A stretch of DNA of 64,000 nucleotides from NCBI GenBank assembly GCA_947631515.1, contig CANRLP010000001.1, forward strand, positions 223 through 64,222, read 5' to 3'. Each line of letters opens with the position of its first letter. Position 1 is the first letter of the stretch. The notes under the pieces are model-generated. The model had not been told where the DNA came from and did no database searches. It worked only from the letters and a program-made list of their open reading frames with translations. This DNA is from an uncultured Bacilli bacterium. GTDB taxonomy: Bacteria > Bacillota_I > Bacilli_A > RF39 > UBA660. Shown here one piece after another: positions 1 to 10,041 of the stretch. The translations under genes were made by a program, and so were the position numbers.

Positions 1-2328
1 TATAAAATTAAGTTTATCAACATCAAGATTTTTATTAACTATTATTTTATTATCACTAATCAACTTGATTAATTCATTAGGCAATCCATAATCCATCATG
101 TCTTGATTTACAGTATCACACATTCCATTTTCAAAAAACATTGCAATTTTATATGGATTTATATCATCAGGATTTATATTAATCACTTTATTTTTAGTAA
201 CAAAAAGTTTATATATGCATGCAAAGAAATTAAGATAATATGGTATTTTATATTGCATAACATCAGAAATAAATTTAAAAGTGTCATTATAAACTTTGTT
301 ATCGTTTATGCTCATATCACTATTAATATAACTTAATATCCATTTTTTTTCATCACTAATTAATCTAACTAACTTATCTTTATCGTTATTTAAATAATTT
401 TTTTTACTTATGTTATCAATAATATCCTGAATATGTTTTTTCTTATAATATAATATTTCTTTTATGTTAGTAAACGAATGTAACTTATATAATCCCTTCC
501 ATACAAATGATCCGTTTGATGAAAAAGGTCTTATTTCTCCAACCTTGGTTTGAAAGATATTAATATTTTGAGTTTCAAAAGCATATTTCAAAATATTAAA
601 AATTACTTCTAGACTTTCAGCAATATTATTCCTATCATCACTTATTATATTATCAATCAATTTTTTACAATTTAAAATTTCATTACTGTCCATGTTTTTA
701 AAATAGTTGTATAGAACAAGTTTCCACAATTTTGGAACATTTAATGCAATATTTAATTCTTGTTCAGACAAACATAAAGTTTTTTGTAATTGAATAATAT
801 CCTTTTTCCTATTCAATTCATAATCATTCAAGAATTCATCTTCTATCATATCAATTTCATAATCATCTCTAACTACATCAGATATTTCATAGTTAGGATT
901 ATTTAAAAATATATCTGCTTTTTTCGCTCTATCCAAAATATCATATATATTTTTATTTATGGCTAAAATATTACCAATTGGAGATTCACCAAATCTTCCC
1001 GCTCTACCCATAACATTCAGCAAATCAATATTTTCTAATTTAACCGATTTTGCAGTAAAAACGCTTGTTATTATTATGTTTTCTGCATTGCTATTTACAC
1101 CCTCAACAAATGAAGTTGTAACTAATAAACTTGATATAACTTTATCATTAAATAATCTAATTATTTCTTTCTTTATATATCTTGGAATTGGTGACATGTA
1201 TATTCCAATACCTTTTTCTAGCCCTTTAATTACTTCCCATACCTGTAAATTTTCTACAGTATAGTTATTACATAAATGCTTGTAAAAAATATTAAACCTA
1301 GGATTTTTATTCAGTATTCCACAATCATATTCACAATTATTAATAATTTCAGATGCTGTTGACGAATTGGGAATATATACAATATTTTGCTTTCCAATCA
1401 ATCCTTTTAAGATTTTAATAGTTTTAGTTGGTACATTATCATCCGATAAATAAGATGATTTATTGATTTTAAAGAAATTATTAAATTCTTTTTGAGTGCT
1501 TATACAATATAATTCATGATTAATATAATCTGTTTTTCTAATTATGCTTTTAATTCCATATTTGTCAACAAAATTTTTCATTGATGGAGTCAAACAGTAT
1601 GCATATGGAGACAAAAAAATACATTTAGAATTAGAATTTGCTACTAATTCTAGCGATTTTCTGAATTTGTAAGATCTATTATTAACAACATCCGAAACAT
1701 ACCTATTTCTTGCATTCACTATCTTATACATTTCATCCATAACTAATAAATCTATTTTAAAATCATGATAAATTGAATTAAACATTAAAAATCTCTCAGG
1801 AGTAAGTATTAATAAATTTCTACTAAAATAATCAATTCGTGGAATTGTTGAAATTTTATAATCTAAATTAAATTCTTTATTTAATCTTAAAAACTTAATA
1901 TATAATTCTTCAATAAGAGAATTAGTTGGAATTATATATATCACATTATTAAATTCTTGATAATTACAAATCAAAAATTCATTAACCAAACTCGTTTTAC
2001 CAAATGAAGTTGGTGCTGAAATAAGCATTTTATTATTATTTTTAATTTCATCTAACAATGAAAGTTGTTCTATATTTAAATAATTAAATTGCTTCGACTT
2101 AAAGCATCCCATAATAAGTGATAATTTATTTGAATCAGAAAATTGCAAATAATCAAATTTTAAATACTTATCAAATCCAAATAACATTCCATTGTTAATT
2201 ATCATCATGATTAAGTCACGATTTTCTTCCGGATTTAAAAGTAATACATTCAAATCATTTATTATTTTGTTGCTATCATTTGTTATTGAAAATTCGTTAA
2301 GATCATTTAATACTTGTAATCTATCCAT
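1..2328 (-). CDS. SF2 DExH-box helicase, HamB-like (candidate Hachiman defence helicase); N-terminus at 2328, C-terminus runs off the window
   Basis: I translated the whole minus-strand frame from ATG (2326-2328) to position 1 and found no stop (>775 codons). It is absent from the ORF track because no stop lies in the window. Motif I ISAPTSFGKT (~2000-2030), motif II LLVMDEMY (~1715-1740), motif V VTTSFVEGVN (~1100-1130), motif VI MGRAGRFG (~985-1010). The start overlaps the upstream gene by 8 nt. Confidence 0.8.
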   Translation of the reverse strand, partial: MDRLQVLNDLNEFSITNDSNKIINDLNVLLLNPEENRDLIMMIINNGMLFGFDKYLKFDYLQFSDSNKLSLIMGCFKSKQFNYLNIEQLSLLDEIKNNNKMLISAPTSFGKTSLVNEFLICNYQEFNNVIYIIPTNSLIEELYIKFLRLNKEFNLDYKISTIPRIDYFSRNLLILTPERFLMFNSIYHDFKIDLLVMDEMYKIVNARNRYVSDVVNNRSYKFRKSLELVANSNSKCIFLSPYAYCLTPSMKNFVDKYGIKSIIRKTDYINHELYCISTQKEFNNFFKINKSSYLSDDNVPTKTIKILKGLIGKQNIVYIPNSSTASEIINNCEYDCGILNKNPRFNIFYKHLCNNYTVENLQVWEVIKGLEKGIGIYMSPIPRYIKKEIIRLFNDKVISSLLVTTSFVEGVNSNAENIIITSVFTAKSVKLENIDLLNVMGRAGRFGESPIGNILAINKNIYDILDRAKKADIFLNNPNYEISDVVRDDYEIDMIEDEFLNDYELNRKKDIIQLQKTLCLSEQELNIALNVPKLWKLVLYNYFKNMDSNEILNCKKLIDNIISDDRNNIAESLEVIFNILKYAFETQNINIFQTKVGEIRPFSSNGSFVWKGLYKLHSFTNIKEILYYKKKHIQDIIDNISKKNYLNNDKDKLVRLISDEKKWILSYINSDMSINDNKVYNDTFKFISDVMQYKIPYYLNFFACIYKLFVTKNKVININPDDINPYKIAMFFENGMCDTVNQDMMDYGLPNELIKLISDNKIIVNKNLDVDKLNFI

Positions 2329-3217
2329 ATAATTTCACCATATTATTCTTTAATAAAACTGAATCATTGGTTGTTGGTATAAATACTATTTCAATACTAT
2401 AGTTCTTAATAGTAGTTAATCCAATGGTTTTATCAAATGTATCTATTATATCTTTGTAATATTTTTCTATTTCATCAGGTTTTCTATAATTGGATTGGAA
2501 AATTGCAAAATACACAAATTTAAAACTATAATCTAAGTCATTCATTATATCAATAAATTGTTCATTCTTTTGAGCTATTATTAAATTAATCTTATTTAAA
2601 CATTCAATAATACCTTCAGAATATGTTCTTTCCATTGAATCGCTTTTTTTCATTGCAAAACCACAGTAACTATTAATAATTTCTGAATTTAAATGGCCAT
2701 GCTCACCATTAATGTCCGAAATTAAATCGCTTTTAGCAGCTGACAGTGTTGAAACAAATTTTGCTTCTGATAGTACAATTTCTAACTTATCATTGTTTAA
2801 TGAGCAGCCAATACAATCAATTCCTTTAAATTCTAATTTATCTCTATATATACCTTTAGAAGCGTAACAAGCAAGAATTTTTTTAGAACAAACAATTCGA
2901 GTATAAAAATCTAATAATAATTCTCCAAAAACTCCACTGGTATTTACATCTTTTCTCTTTATGTCATTTTTCCATAAAATTTTTGATTTTTCTATTAAAA
3001 ATTCTTCTTCGACTTTGTAATATTTTAGCATACCATAACTATCTGCATAAAATGGTAAATACATATTAAATGTTTTAGTAAAATAAACTATCTCGTTATT
3101 ATAGTCATATGTATAAAGTTTACAATAGTTTCTATTTGATAATTGAATTTCTTTATAAAATAATAATTTTTTATAATTCTTTGTATAATAATTTAATAAT
3201 TCCCCATATACATCCAT
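2321..3217 (-). CDS. HamA-like (DUF1837-like) putative PD-(D/E)xK nuclease partner of the helicase
   Basis: 298-aa ORF directly upstream of the helicase, overlapping it by 8 nt. GGGAG RBS 8 nt before the ATG at 3217. Candidate nuclease triad GID...(x12)...LSEAK. The small-protein-plus-SF2-helicase architecture matches Hachiman. Domain identity not verified. Confidence 0.5.
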   Translation of the reverse strand: MDVYGELLNYYTKNYKKLLFYKEIQLSNRNYCKLYTYDYNNEIVYFTKTFNMYLPFYADSYGMLKYYKVEEEFLIEKSKILWKNDIKRKDVNTSGVFGELLLDFYTRIVCSKKILACYASKGIYRDKLEFKGIDCIGCSLNNDKLEIVLSEAKFVSTLSAAKSDLISDINGEHGHLNSEIINSYCGFAMKKSDSMERTYSEGIIECLNKINLIIAQKNEQFIDIMNDLDYSFKFVYFAIFQSNYRKPDEIEKYYKDIIDTFDKTIGLTTIKNYSIEIVFIPTTNDSVLLKNNMVKLYG

Positions 3218-3375
3218 ATTCGAACTCCCAAATGTAATTTATATATTATATTTTATCACAAATAATTTATATTTAATAATTTTATCTCGAAGAAGGTTAT
3301 TTTACTACGATGTTCTTTTTTACCTCCTGCATTTATGTGATTAGACACAACTATTACATCATTTCTCTTACCATA

Positions 3376-3603
3376 TTAATCTTGTATTCTTTTAGGCCTA
3401 ACATCAAGCTCTAACGTTTCATTATTAGTTCGAGATAATTTATTATCAATTCCTAATTGATTTAGTTGATTATGCATGTATTCACTAATCTTCAAAGTTA
3501 AATCTTTTTCTGTAATCCCGTTAGCTATTGTGCCGGGGTCTTCTCCTCCATGGCCACTGTCAATTACAACCTTTTTAGTTACTCTATCATCCATGTTTAT
3601 CAC
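3376..3603 (-). pseudogene. truncated N-acetylmuramoyl-L-alanine amidase (Amidase_3) fragment, 75 aa
   Basis: VIDSGHGGEDPG motif and following residues align to the N-terminal ~75 aa of CwlD-type amidases (compare the intact paralog at 6816-7475). The frame stops after ...ELDVRPKRIQD, where a ~200-aa catalytic domain should continue. Confidence 0.6.
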
Positions 3604-3739
3604 CTAATATAAAGTATGTTTTTTAGCTATTTGGTGAAAATTTTATAAAGTTAATTTTTAATACTACATTATTACAAGAGATCGATAAACAGTCTTATTA
3701 ACGATACGTCGTTAATTGTTTGCAGTAAAAAAGCAACTA

Positions 3740-4828
3740 TTAACTAGCTGCTTCACTAAGTTCTATTGTAACTGTTTTTAATTCATTATTTCGATAAAAG
3801 GAAATGTTAACCTTATCACCAATATTATGTTTATATAATTGATATTTTAAATAAGCTAAACTACTAACATCATTATCTTCTATTTTAACGATTACATCGC
3901 CATTTTTTAAACCAGCTTTATCTGCAGGGCTATTTTTTTCAACACTTTCTATATATACGCCACTATCAATATCACTATTTAAAATATTCAAATCTGATAA
4001 ATTTATCATAGAAATTCCTAAATAAGGTCTTTCAATTTTTTTACCACTTTCTAAACTTTCTGCATATTTTAAAGCATCTTCAATAGGTATAGCAAATCCC
4101 ATACCTTCAATTGAACTACTGGCTAGTTTCATTGAAGTAATACCAATTATTTGACCATTAGAATTAGCTAAAGGTCCACCACTATTTCCTGAATTTATAG
4201 CAGCATCTGTTTGTAATACACTCATAACCCAATCGCTAACAGAAGAGTTTGTTAAACTTACCTCAACCAAACGATCTTTACCAGATAAAATCCCTCTAGT
4301 AACACTCCAAGAATAAGCACTACTATCTATAGGAGCTCCAACAGCAAATACTGTATCTCCAAGTCGAGTGGTCGAATTATCGCCAATTTCTGCTACACTA
4401 ATAATATTTTTACTATCTACAGCAAGAACTGCAATATCAGCATATTTATCACTACCTACAATTGTTGCTTCAACAGAAGATTGATTGGTAAATACTACTT
4501 TAACACTTGAACCACTTTCTATAACATGGTTATTAGTTAATATATAAGCTTTACTTCCCGCATCTTTATAAACAAAACCTGTTCCTGTAGCATATAAATT
4601 ACTGCCTTTATATGTCTCAACCGTAACAACGGCATCATAAACCTTTTCAACGGCATCCGCAATACCGGTTTCAGTTACTGTTACATCTTTAACTGTTTTA
4701 GTTACATTATTAGTTACTGTAGTTGGGTAATATCTAACAAGAGCAAACATTGCTAAAGCTCCAACGAAAAAAGCAATTAACAAAACTACTCCTGATTTCA
4801 TTTTATTTTCTGATTTATATTCTTTCAT
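3740..4828 (-). CDS. htrA: HtrA/DegP-family serine protease (TM anchor, trypsin domain, PDZ)
   Basis: N-terminal TM helix, GNSGGPL catalytic serine motif, C-terminal PDZ-like region. Likely ATG at 4828 with AAAGGA RBS. The ORF-track start at 4837 is TTG. Confidence 0.8.
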   Translation of the reverse strand: MKEYKSENKMKSGVVLLIAFFVGALAMFALVRYYPTTVTNNVTKTVKDVTVTETGIADAVEKVYDAVVTVETYKGSNLYATGTGFVYKDAGSKAYILTNNHVIESGSSVKVVFTNQSSVEATIVGSDKYADIAVLAVDSKNIISVAEIGDNSTTRLGDTVFAVGAPIDSSAYSWSVTRGILSGKDRLVEVSLTNSSVSDWVMSVLQTDAAINSGNSGGPLANSNGQIIGITSMKLASSSIEGMGFAIPIEDALKYAESLESGKKIERPYLGISMINLSDLNILNSDIDSGVYIESVEKNSPADKAGLKNGDVIVKIEDNDVSSLAYLKYQLYKHNIGDKVNISFYRNNELKTVTIELSEAAS

Positions 4829-4829
4829 C

Positions 4830-5759
4830 TTAATCAATCCTTTCTATATCCATAAAATTAGCAGGGAATCCCATTTTATCCATAACTTTTCCAATGCTAA
4901 TACTTTTTAACATTCCTTCTAACATACTAACCTCATAATCAATTTCTTTAATCATTTCTGAAAAATCATCTTTACGTAACATTTGTTTTAAAATAATTAT
5001 CAACGAAAATAAATCATCTTTACCATAAATATATTCACCATCCATTTTCGGAATACCTAAACGTTCATGATATTTTGTGTCATTAATTTGGCGTTGAACA
5101 CGATGGTCAAATAAAATTTCTTCATGAGCACATAAATTTCGATAATTAGATAATATTGGTAAATAAAGAGCTAAATCATCAGCATCAACATTAAAAAAAT
5201 TGGCAATTTCTTTTTGATCATTTGGTTTCAAAATAATATATAATTCCCCTACTATTCCAAAAGATAATACTTTTACAGCAATCCAAAGAGGAATATAACC
5301 ATAATTCATTTGATAATGCGCTGTGGCTGTATGAATGGAGGCATTAGCTCTTATTTGGCGTTTCATTTTTTTGATCAAATCATTTACCTGCCGATATTTA
5401 TCATTACTTCGATTAAAATTGGCTGGATTTAAATAATTACTTTCTTTAATTCCATAAGTTCGAGATAAATGATAGGAAATAATACTTTTTAAATTATTTT
5501 CAATTATCAATAAATTTTTAAATAAAATATTACGTATATGACGATCAAAATTAAATACCCCATATAATTCTCGAAAAGTTGAACCCGTAATAAAATGCTT
5601 TTCAGCTGGTGATTTCATAAATAAAGAGCGATACCCATTTATAAAGAAATAATTTTCACGTAAAAGTATCTCTTTAGTTAATGTTTCATCTTCGACAATA
5701 AGACCCTTATTTTTTAATATTTCCACCTGTTCATCTAACGTTTTGAATATCTTATTCAT
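4830..5759 (-). CDS. Abi_2 (AbiD/AbiF-like) abortive infection protein
   Basis: N-terminal FKTLDEQVEILKNKGLIVEDE...YFFINGYRSLF and central IPLWIAVKVLSFGIVGELY match the AbiD/AbiF family consensus. The stop abuts the htrA RBS. Confidence 0.7.
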   Translation of the reverse strand: MNKIFKTLDEQVEILKNKGLIVEDETLTKEILLRENYFFINGYRSLFMKSPAEKHFITGSTFRELYGVFNFDRHIRNILFKNLLIIENNLKSIISYHLSRTYGIKESNYLNPANFNRSNDKYRQVNDLIKKMKRQIRANASIHTATAHYQMNYGYIPLWIAVKVLSFGIVGELYIILKPNDQKEIANFFNVDADDLALYLPILSNYRNLCAHEEILFDHRVQRQINDTKYHERLGIPKMDGEYIYGKDDLFSLIIILKQMLRKDDFSEMIKEIDYEVSMLEGMLKSISIGKVMDKMGFPANFMDIERID

Positions 5760-5861
5760 ATGATCACCTTATTGTTTGATTATATCACATCAACTATCTG
5801 TTAGTATATATTTTTTAAATGATGTTTATGTTATAATATTGTGAAAGGATTGTGAAATTTT

Positions 5862-6827
5862 ATGCCTCTAATAACTACTCATAATTATTTTGCAAATGAT
5901 GTTTTTAATATAATTCCTAAAAAGATTAGTCAACAATTCTCTGATAAAAAAGGGGTATATGAATTGTTCGCTCAAGGTTTTGATTTATTTCAATTTTATG
6001 ATTTTTTTCGTCTTAAAAGAGAAAATTTATTAGATTATTGTCACAATCATTATACCGATCTATATTTTTTAAATTATATAAAAAATTTAAAAAAGTTAAA
6101 TTATCTTCAAAATCCTGAATTTTTAGCAGCTTTATATGGTCATTTAACTCACTATGTTCTAGATAGTAATTGCCACCCTTATATTGTTTATAAAACTGGT
6201 ATATGGAATCCTAAATTAAAAGAAACTCACAAATACAATGGATTACACTCTAAAATGGAAATGCAAATTGATGCTTATTTTTATGAACAAAAAAATCATA
6301 AGCCTTTTGAAAACTTTAAAATTCATAAATACTTAATTACCAAAGATAAACTTAGTAAAGAATTAATTAACCATTTGAATACTGTTTACTTAGAAACTTT
6401 CTCTATTAAAAATGGAGGTAAAAAATATAATATTGGCAAACGAAATATGTATTATTCTTACAAATTTTTAATTGAAGATAAAACTGGTATTAAAACTAAT
6501 TTTTATAAATTTATAGATATTTTTACACCTCACACCAACAAATTTCAAAATTATAGTGCTCATATAAAAGAAATTGACCAAAGCATTTTTAATGAAAATC
6601 ATGATTTTTGGTATCATCCATGGCTTGATAACGCAAAGTACAATACATCTTTTTTTGATATTTATAATAAAGCTTTAGAGGAAGCTAAAAATTTAATAAT
6701 TAAAACTGACGAATTTTTACATGATAAAATAACTGAAAAAGAATATTATACTTACTTACAAGATAAATCATATTTAACCGGATTATCATGGAAGAAAAAA
6801 GGTAAAATTAAACATTTAGAATTTTAA
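5862..6827 (+). CDS. zinc-dependent phospholipase C family protein (PF00882-like), cytoplasmic
   Basis: N-terminal MPLITTHNYF and GHLTHYVLDSNCHPY (HY..D...P.H) His/Asp clusters typical of the Zn-PLC / P1-nuclease fold. Convergent with cwlD and overlapping it by 12 nt. Confidence 0.5.
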   Translation: MPLITTHNYFANDVFNIIPKKISQQFSDKKGVYELFAQGFDLFQFYDFFRLKRENLLDYCHNHYTDLYFLNYIKNLKKLNYLQNPEFLAALYGHLTHYVLDSNCHPYIVYKTGIWNPKLKETHKYNGLHSKMEMQIDAYFYEQKNHKPFENFKIHKYLITKDKLSKELINHLNTVYLETFSIKNGGKKYNIGKRNMYYSYKFLIEDKTGIKTNFYKFIDIFTPHTNKFQNYSAHIKEIDQSIFNENHDFWYHPWLDNAKYNTSFFDIYNKALEEAKNLIIKTDEFLHDKITEKEYYTYLQDKSYLTGLSWKKKGKIKHLEF

Positions 6828-7475
6828 ACTTCCAATCGCTCGAGCAATTATTTTGGCTAATTTTTGTTGATAATCTTTAGTTATCAACAACGCTCTTTCG
6901 CGAGGATTTGATAAAAAACCACATTCTATCAACACGCCAGGAATATTTAACTTATCGTACATATAAGTTTTGATAGGTATCTTTTTTATTTCACGATCTG
7001 ATTTTAAAGACTTATTTAAGGCATTTTGAATTTGTTTGGCAATATCTTCATTACTTGTTTTTTTATTGTTATAAAAAACTTGAGGTCCAAAATAACTAGA
7101 ATCTTCTAAATAATTTAAATGAATTGAAAAATAGTAATTAGCTTTACTTTCATTAATTATTTTTATTCGATTGTCAAAATCGCTTTTTTTACGCATATAA
7201 GCATTAGGTTTAGATAAATCATAATCGCCACTACGAGTTAATATAACACTAGCTCCTAATTTACTTAATTCTTTTTCTAGCTCTAAAACTATTGCCAAAT
7301 TAATATCTTTTTCATAAATGTTTTTATACATAGTGCCAGGGTCGAGCCCACCATGACCACTATCTAAAATAATTACTTTTCCTATTAAGGGAAGACTTGC
7401 AAAAACAATTTTATTTGCCAAAAAACAAATTGCTACTAAAAAAAGAATGCATACTTTTATTAAATAGTTTTTCAT
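6816..7475 (-). CDS. cwlD: germination-specific N-acetylmuramoyl-L-alanine amidase CwlD-like
   Basis: Signal/TM N-terminus, ILDSGHGGLDPG motif, position downstream of rpsI as in Bacillus. Confidence 0.8.
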   Translation of the reverse strand: MKNYLIKVCILFLVAICFLANKIVFASLPLIGKVIILDSGHGGLDPGTMYKNIYEKDINLAIVLELEKELSKLGASVILTRSGDYDLSKPNAYMRKKSDFDNRIKIINESKANYYFSIHLNYLEDSSYFGPQVFYNNKKTSNEDIAKQIQNALNKSLKSDREIKKIPIKTYMYDKLNIPGVLIECGFLSNPRERALLITKDYQQKLAKIIARAIGSLKF

Positions 7476-7555
7476 ACTTAATATATATGCATTTCATAGT
7501 TAATATTACTTTTGAAATAATTATCTTTATCAACTTTTAAAAATTTTTGTAACAA

Positions 7556-7583
7556 AAAAAGCCCACAAAAGGCTTTTTGGAAA
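7556..7583. terminator. bidirectional intrinsic terminator (AAAAGCC-CACAAAA-GGCTTTT) downstream of rpsI
   Basis: 7-bp GC-containing stem flanked by an A-run and a T-run. Confidence 0.5.
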
Positions 7584-7599
7584 TATTGAATACGTAATT

Positions 7600-8034
7600 T
7601 TAACGTTTTGAGAATTGTGGTGCACGACGTGCTTTCTTAAGACCTGGTTTTTTACGTTCTTTAACTCTTGGATCACGAGTTACAAATCCTGCAACTTTTA
7701 AACGTTTACGATAAGCATCTTCACTAGTTTGATCAGAATTAGCATCATATTTTAATAATGCTCGAGTAATACCTAGACGAATTGCTCCAGTTTGACCAGA
7801 AAATCCGCCACCTTTAACATTAACAGTAATATCGAATTTATTTTCATTATTAGTTAAAACTAAAGGTTGTTTTAAATCCATTACTAAAGTAGCATAAGGC
7901 ATATATTCGTTAACATCTACACCATTAACTAAAATAATACCTGTACCACTAGTAAGAGTTACTTGAGCACTAGAACGTTTTCTACGTCCAGTAGCACTCC
8001 AACTTTGTTTTGTAGTAGTTTTTGCAGTAGCCAT
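7600..8034 (-). CDS. rpsI: 30S ribosomal protein S9
   Basis: [12 protein letters not shown] ... [13 protein letters not shown]-terminus. Confidence 0.95.
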   Translation of the reverse strand: MATAKTTTKQSWSATGRRKRSSAQVTLTSGTGIILVNGVDVNEYMPYATLVMDLKQPLVLTNNENKFDITVNVKGGGFSGQTGAIRLGITRALLKYDANSDQTSEDAYRKRLKVAGFVTRDPRVKERKKPGLKKARRAPQFSKR

Positions 8035-8043
8035 ATTACCCTC

Positions 8044-8493
8044 CTAATCAACTTTCATTTCTATTGGTTTTTGAGCTTCATGTTTATGATTATCATCAGC
8101 ATATACAAATAACTTTTTAGCCATTTGTCTTCCTAAACGATTGTGAGGAAGCATACCTTTGATTGCTCTTTCCAACATTTCTTCAGGATAATTTTCAAGC
8201 ATTAATTTAGCATTACGCTCTCTAAGTCCTCCTGGATAACCACTATGGTTATAATACATCTTATCGTTTAATTTATTACCGGTTAAATTAACCTTAGAAG
8301 CATTTACAATAATTACATAATCTCCACAATCAACATGAGGAGTATAAGTAACTTTGTGTTTACCTCTTAAAACAGTTGCAGCTTTTGTAGCTACCCGACC
8401 TAAAGAAATTCCAGTAGCATCAATTACATACCATTTACGTTCAATATTTTCTTTTTTTTGCATGAATGTTTTCATGAATTTATTTCCTTTCAT
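8044..8493 (-). CDS. rplM: 50S ribosomal protein L13
   Basis: [34 protein letters not shown]. Confidence 0.95.
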   Translation of the reverse strand: MKGNKFMKTFMQKKENIERKWYVIDATGISLGRVATKAATVLRGKHKVTYTPHVDCGDYVIIVNASKVNLTGNKLNDKMYYNHSGYPGGLRERNAKLMLENYPEEMLERAIKGMLPHNRLGRQMAKKLFVYADDNHKHEAQKPIEMKVD

Positions 8494-8595
8494 TAGTCAT
8501 CCATATCTTCGCTTTCCCAAGGCTCAATACTTCATAACAAATAAAATGTACCAGTTAAAATTATATGCAATGAAACATAAAAAGTCAAATAAAAA

Positions 8596-8625
8596 TCACG
8601 ATTTTAACGTGACTTTCGATAATTT
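8596..8625 (-). terminator. intrinsic terminator after truA, in the rplM leader
   Basis: TCACG-TTAAAAT-CGTGA hairpin followed by a T-run on the minus strand. The ~210-nt leader before rplM carries a TATAAT -10. Confidence 0.4.
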
Positions 8626-8704
8626 TCGTCCAATTTTTGATACTCTATAAAGAAATCATCATAAAGATACCTAGGAATATCTAGTAATTTTCTTAAATGG
8701 TAAG

Positions 8705-9436
8705 TCATTTATCTTCATACAAAACTCCCTCTAAATATAAACCATTTGCTTTTGCACAACGTAAACTTTTATGAAAATATGATTCCATAACCATTCTCTT
8801 AATATCATAAATTTCACACTTATTCTCATTATAATCAAGCATCGCTCCTACTAAATTGCGCACCATATATCGATAAAAACCTTTACCATAAAAATGAATT
8901 TCTAAAAAATTAGCTTCACTTTTAAAACTAATATCAAAAATTTCATTATCATAATTTTTTCTTTTGCCCGAAACAAAATTATGAAAATCATGCTTACCAA
9001 TAAATATTTTCGCACATTCCTCTAATTTTTTTAAATTAAGTGGTTTATCATACATCAAATAATAATCATAAAGAAGAGGACTATAATCTCCTGTCCAAAT
9101 TTTATAAACATATTTTTTGCCTAAAGCATTATGTCTGGCATGAAAATCATTATTAACAATCTTACATTCTAAAACATAAATATAAGGAACTACTATCCGA
9201 TTTATCGCTCGTAACAATCTTTCTGGAGGAATTTGATTTTGCATATCGAAATGAGCACATTGAGCTAAAGCATGCACTCCTACATCCGTTCTTCCTGCTC
9301 CTTTTACTTCTACCGAATTTTTATCCAAAATAGTTAATGCTTCTTCTAAACTTTCTTGGACGCTAATCTTATCTTTTTGGCGTTGAAATCCGTAAAATTT
9401 ACTACCATCATAAGAAAATCGAATAAAATATCGCAA
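8705..9436 (-). CDS. truA: tRNA pseudouridine(38-40) synthase
   Basis: YDGS.F.G.Q.Q ... GAGRTD.GVHA motifs. Position upstream of rplM as in Bacillus. Confidence 0.9.
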   Translation of the reverse strand: MRYFIRFSYDGSKFYGFQRQKDKISVQESLEEALTILDKNSVEVKGAGRTDVGVHALAQCAHFDMQNQIPPERLLRAINRIVVPYIYVLECKIVNNDFHARHNALGKKYVYKIWTGDYSPLLYDYYLMYDKPLNLKKLEECAKIFIGKHDFHNFVSGKRKNYDNEIFDISFKSEANFLEIHFYGKGFYRYMVRNLVGAMLDYNENKCEIYDIKRMVMESYFHKSLRCAKANGLYLEGVLYEDK

Positions 9437-9438
9437 AA

Positions 9439-10041
9439 TTACACCTCCCGATAAATAGCTTTAATGAGTTCTTTAATATCTGTATAATCTCCTATCTTTT
9501 TTTTGTTTTGATTAACATATTTTACAAATGATATGATTGGAGGTACTGGCAAATACTTAGAAAACTCCTCACTAAAAAATTCATTTTTATTAAAACTCAT
9601 TATCTTATTACCATTATAAATTAAAATATTATCTGCTAAATCTAATAAAAAATTAACATTAGCATTCAAAAGAATAATAGTTTTATGATATTTACTGCTC
9701 AATTTTTTAAATAACTTTTTAAAAAAATCTAACTCTTTGTCCATAAAATAAGAATCAAAATATTTTAAAACAATTTCTTCTTTATTTTGAATTAAATTTA
9801 TAGCTAATTCCAATTTTTTTATTTCGCTGCTAGCTAAAGAATTAATTGCTTGTTCACAAATACTATCATTTAACATAACAAAGCGAAAACTAGAAATTAA
9901 TCTATTCTCCTCACAATGAAAATTTTTTAAAATATAATCTTTAACATTTTGTTCGGAATCAACTTCAAGATTAACACTATCAAAATTTAATCCATAAACT
10001 GCGTTAATTTTACCTTTTTGAATTTTTTCGTTTATTTCCAT
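9439..10041 (-). CDS. degenerate ABC ATPase-like protein (no intact Walker A), EcfA'-position paralog
   Basis: GKINAVYGLNFDS instead of GxxGxGKS/T. The C-terminal part resembles the ABC signature/D-loop region. Overlaps the upstream gene by 10 nt. Occupies the ecfA'-ecfT position before truA. Confidence 0.5.
   Translation of the reverse strand: MEINEKIQKGKINAVYGLNFDSVNLEVDSEQNVKDYILKNFHCEENRLISSFRFVMLNDSICEQAINSLASSEIKKLELAINLIQNKEEIVLKYFDSYFMDKELDFFKKLFKKLSSKYHKTIILLNANVNFLLDLADNILIYNGNKIMSFNKNEFFSEEFSKYLPVPPIISFVKYVNQNKKKIGDYTDIKELIKAIYREV

Noticed and set aside
3740-4828. HtrA as a protease component of the defence module
   Set aside because: It has the canonical housekeeping HtrA architecture (TM anchor, trypsin domain, PDZ) and its own RBS. 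It is more parsimoniously a core envelope protease that the Abi gene inserted upstream of.
8354-8650. 98-aa plus-strand ORF
   Set aside because: It overlaps the rplM 5' end and leader on the opposite strand and has no RBS.
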